Assembly: GCA_043228905.1 (NCBI GenBank)
Contig: JBHGNT010000015.1
Span: 9,920,001 to 9,984,000, forward strand
Reading direction: 5' to 3'
Length of the DNA stretch: 64,000 bases
Origin: Azolla caroliniana
Taxonomy: Eukaryota > Plantae > Polypodiophyta
In this document: in pieces, positions 63,550 through 64,000 of the stretch
Numbering within the stretch: position 1 is the stretch's first letter
Layout of the letters: every line of letters starts with the position of its first letter
Position numbers and translations under genes: made by a program
The notes under the pieces: model-generated
Database searches by the model: none
Seen by the model: only the letters and a program-made list of their open reading frames with translations
Told to the model about the DNA's origin: nothing

Positions 63550-64000
63550 GCACAAAGTAATTGTTATATTCAATAGCAACAGTTACAAAGGACAACCAAC
63601 CTTTACTAAAGGTTAAAAAGTCACTTTATATAGTGACTATCCTAGGGCAACTACCCTTTATGCTATTTACAGAAATAGCCCGAACTTGGGCAGTCCAGAG
63701 GGACAATGTGAATACAACCATTATATACTCGTATTCGACACCTTTTTACCACAATACTAGCAGTCCGAGTCGGCCTTTGCTTGCTAGCCTCTGGCGCCGC
63801 CTTGACTCCCCCTGCTTGTGGAGGGTCCGGAACTGCTGTCGGCACGTTCTCTGTGCCTTTGGTCTTGCTCTTGTCGGTCGCTACCATTGCAAGCTGACCC
63901 GCCTCGTCCACCACGCCCATGGGGCCGATCCGCCTCCATGTACATCATCCGACTGTCGGTGGGTGCACTTGTTGACGCACCAGCGTGGTTCTCCTCATTG

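Larger units (their letters stand above)
53638..63740 (-). mobile_element. Ty1/copia family C copy 2, RT deleted, contains B3
   Basis: LTRs 53638..53944 and 63454..63740, perfect TSD CCTTT, Met PBS 63440..63451, PPT 53945..53951; gag 62410..62772 and PR/IN 54340..55570 are homologous to C1. Confidence 0.95.
48873..64000 (-). mobile_element. Ty1/copia family H copy 1 (runs off window end), host of the MITE and of C2
   Basis: Partial 3' LTR to 49146, PPT 49147..49158, RH/RT 49750..51900, IN 52179..53273, gag knuckle split by C2 (YCGKK|GHRESKC). Confidence 0.9.

Overview
A eukaryotic, gene-free, heterochromatin-like window made almost entirely of nested, mostly decayed transposons. It is a plant sequence, most likely from a non-seed land plant (moss, lycophyte or fern); this is inferred from the Tcn1-like and Trp-primed Ty3 lineages and a Sola element. 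Contents: about 8 Ty1/copia copies in 4 families (here called A, C, F, H); Ty3/gypsy elements of three kinds (Trp-primed family B, self-priming Tcn1-like chromovirus T, Arg-primed family D); several solo or partial LTRs; a Sola2-type DNA transposon that carries a second gene; a hAT-type MITE; and an orphan LINE-ORF1-like pseudogene. No host genes, true tRNA/rRNA genes or CRISPR arrays were found. The most unusual signal is a tRNA-derived (Pol III A-box/B-box) cassette in the U3 region of six LTRs from two different Ty3 lineages, always antisense to the element. Family letters are my own labels, and all identities were judged by eye.
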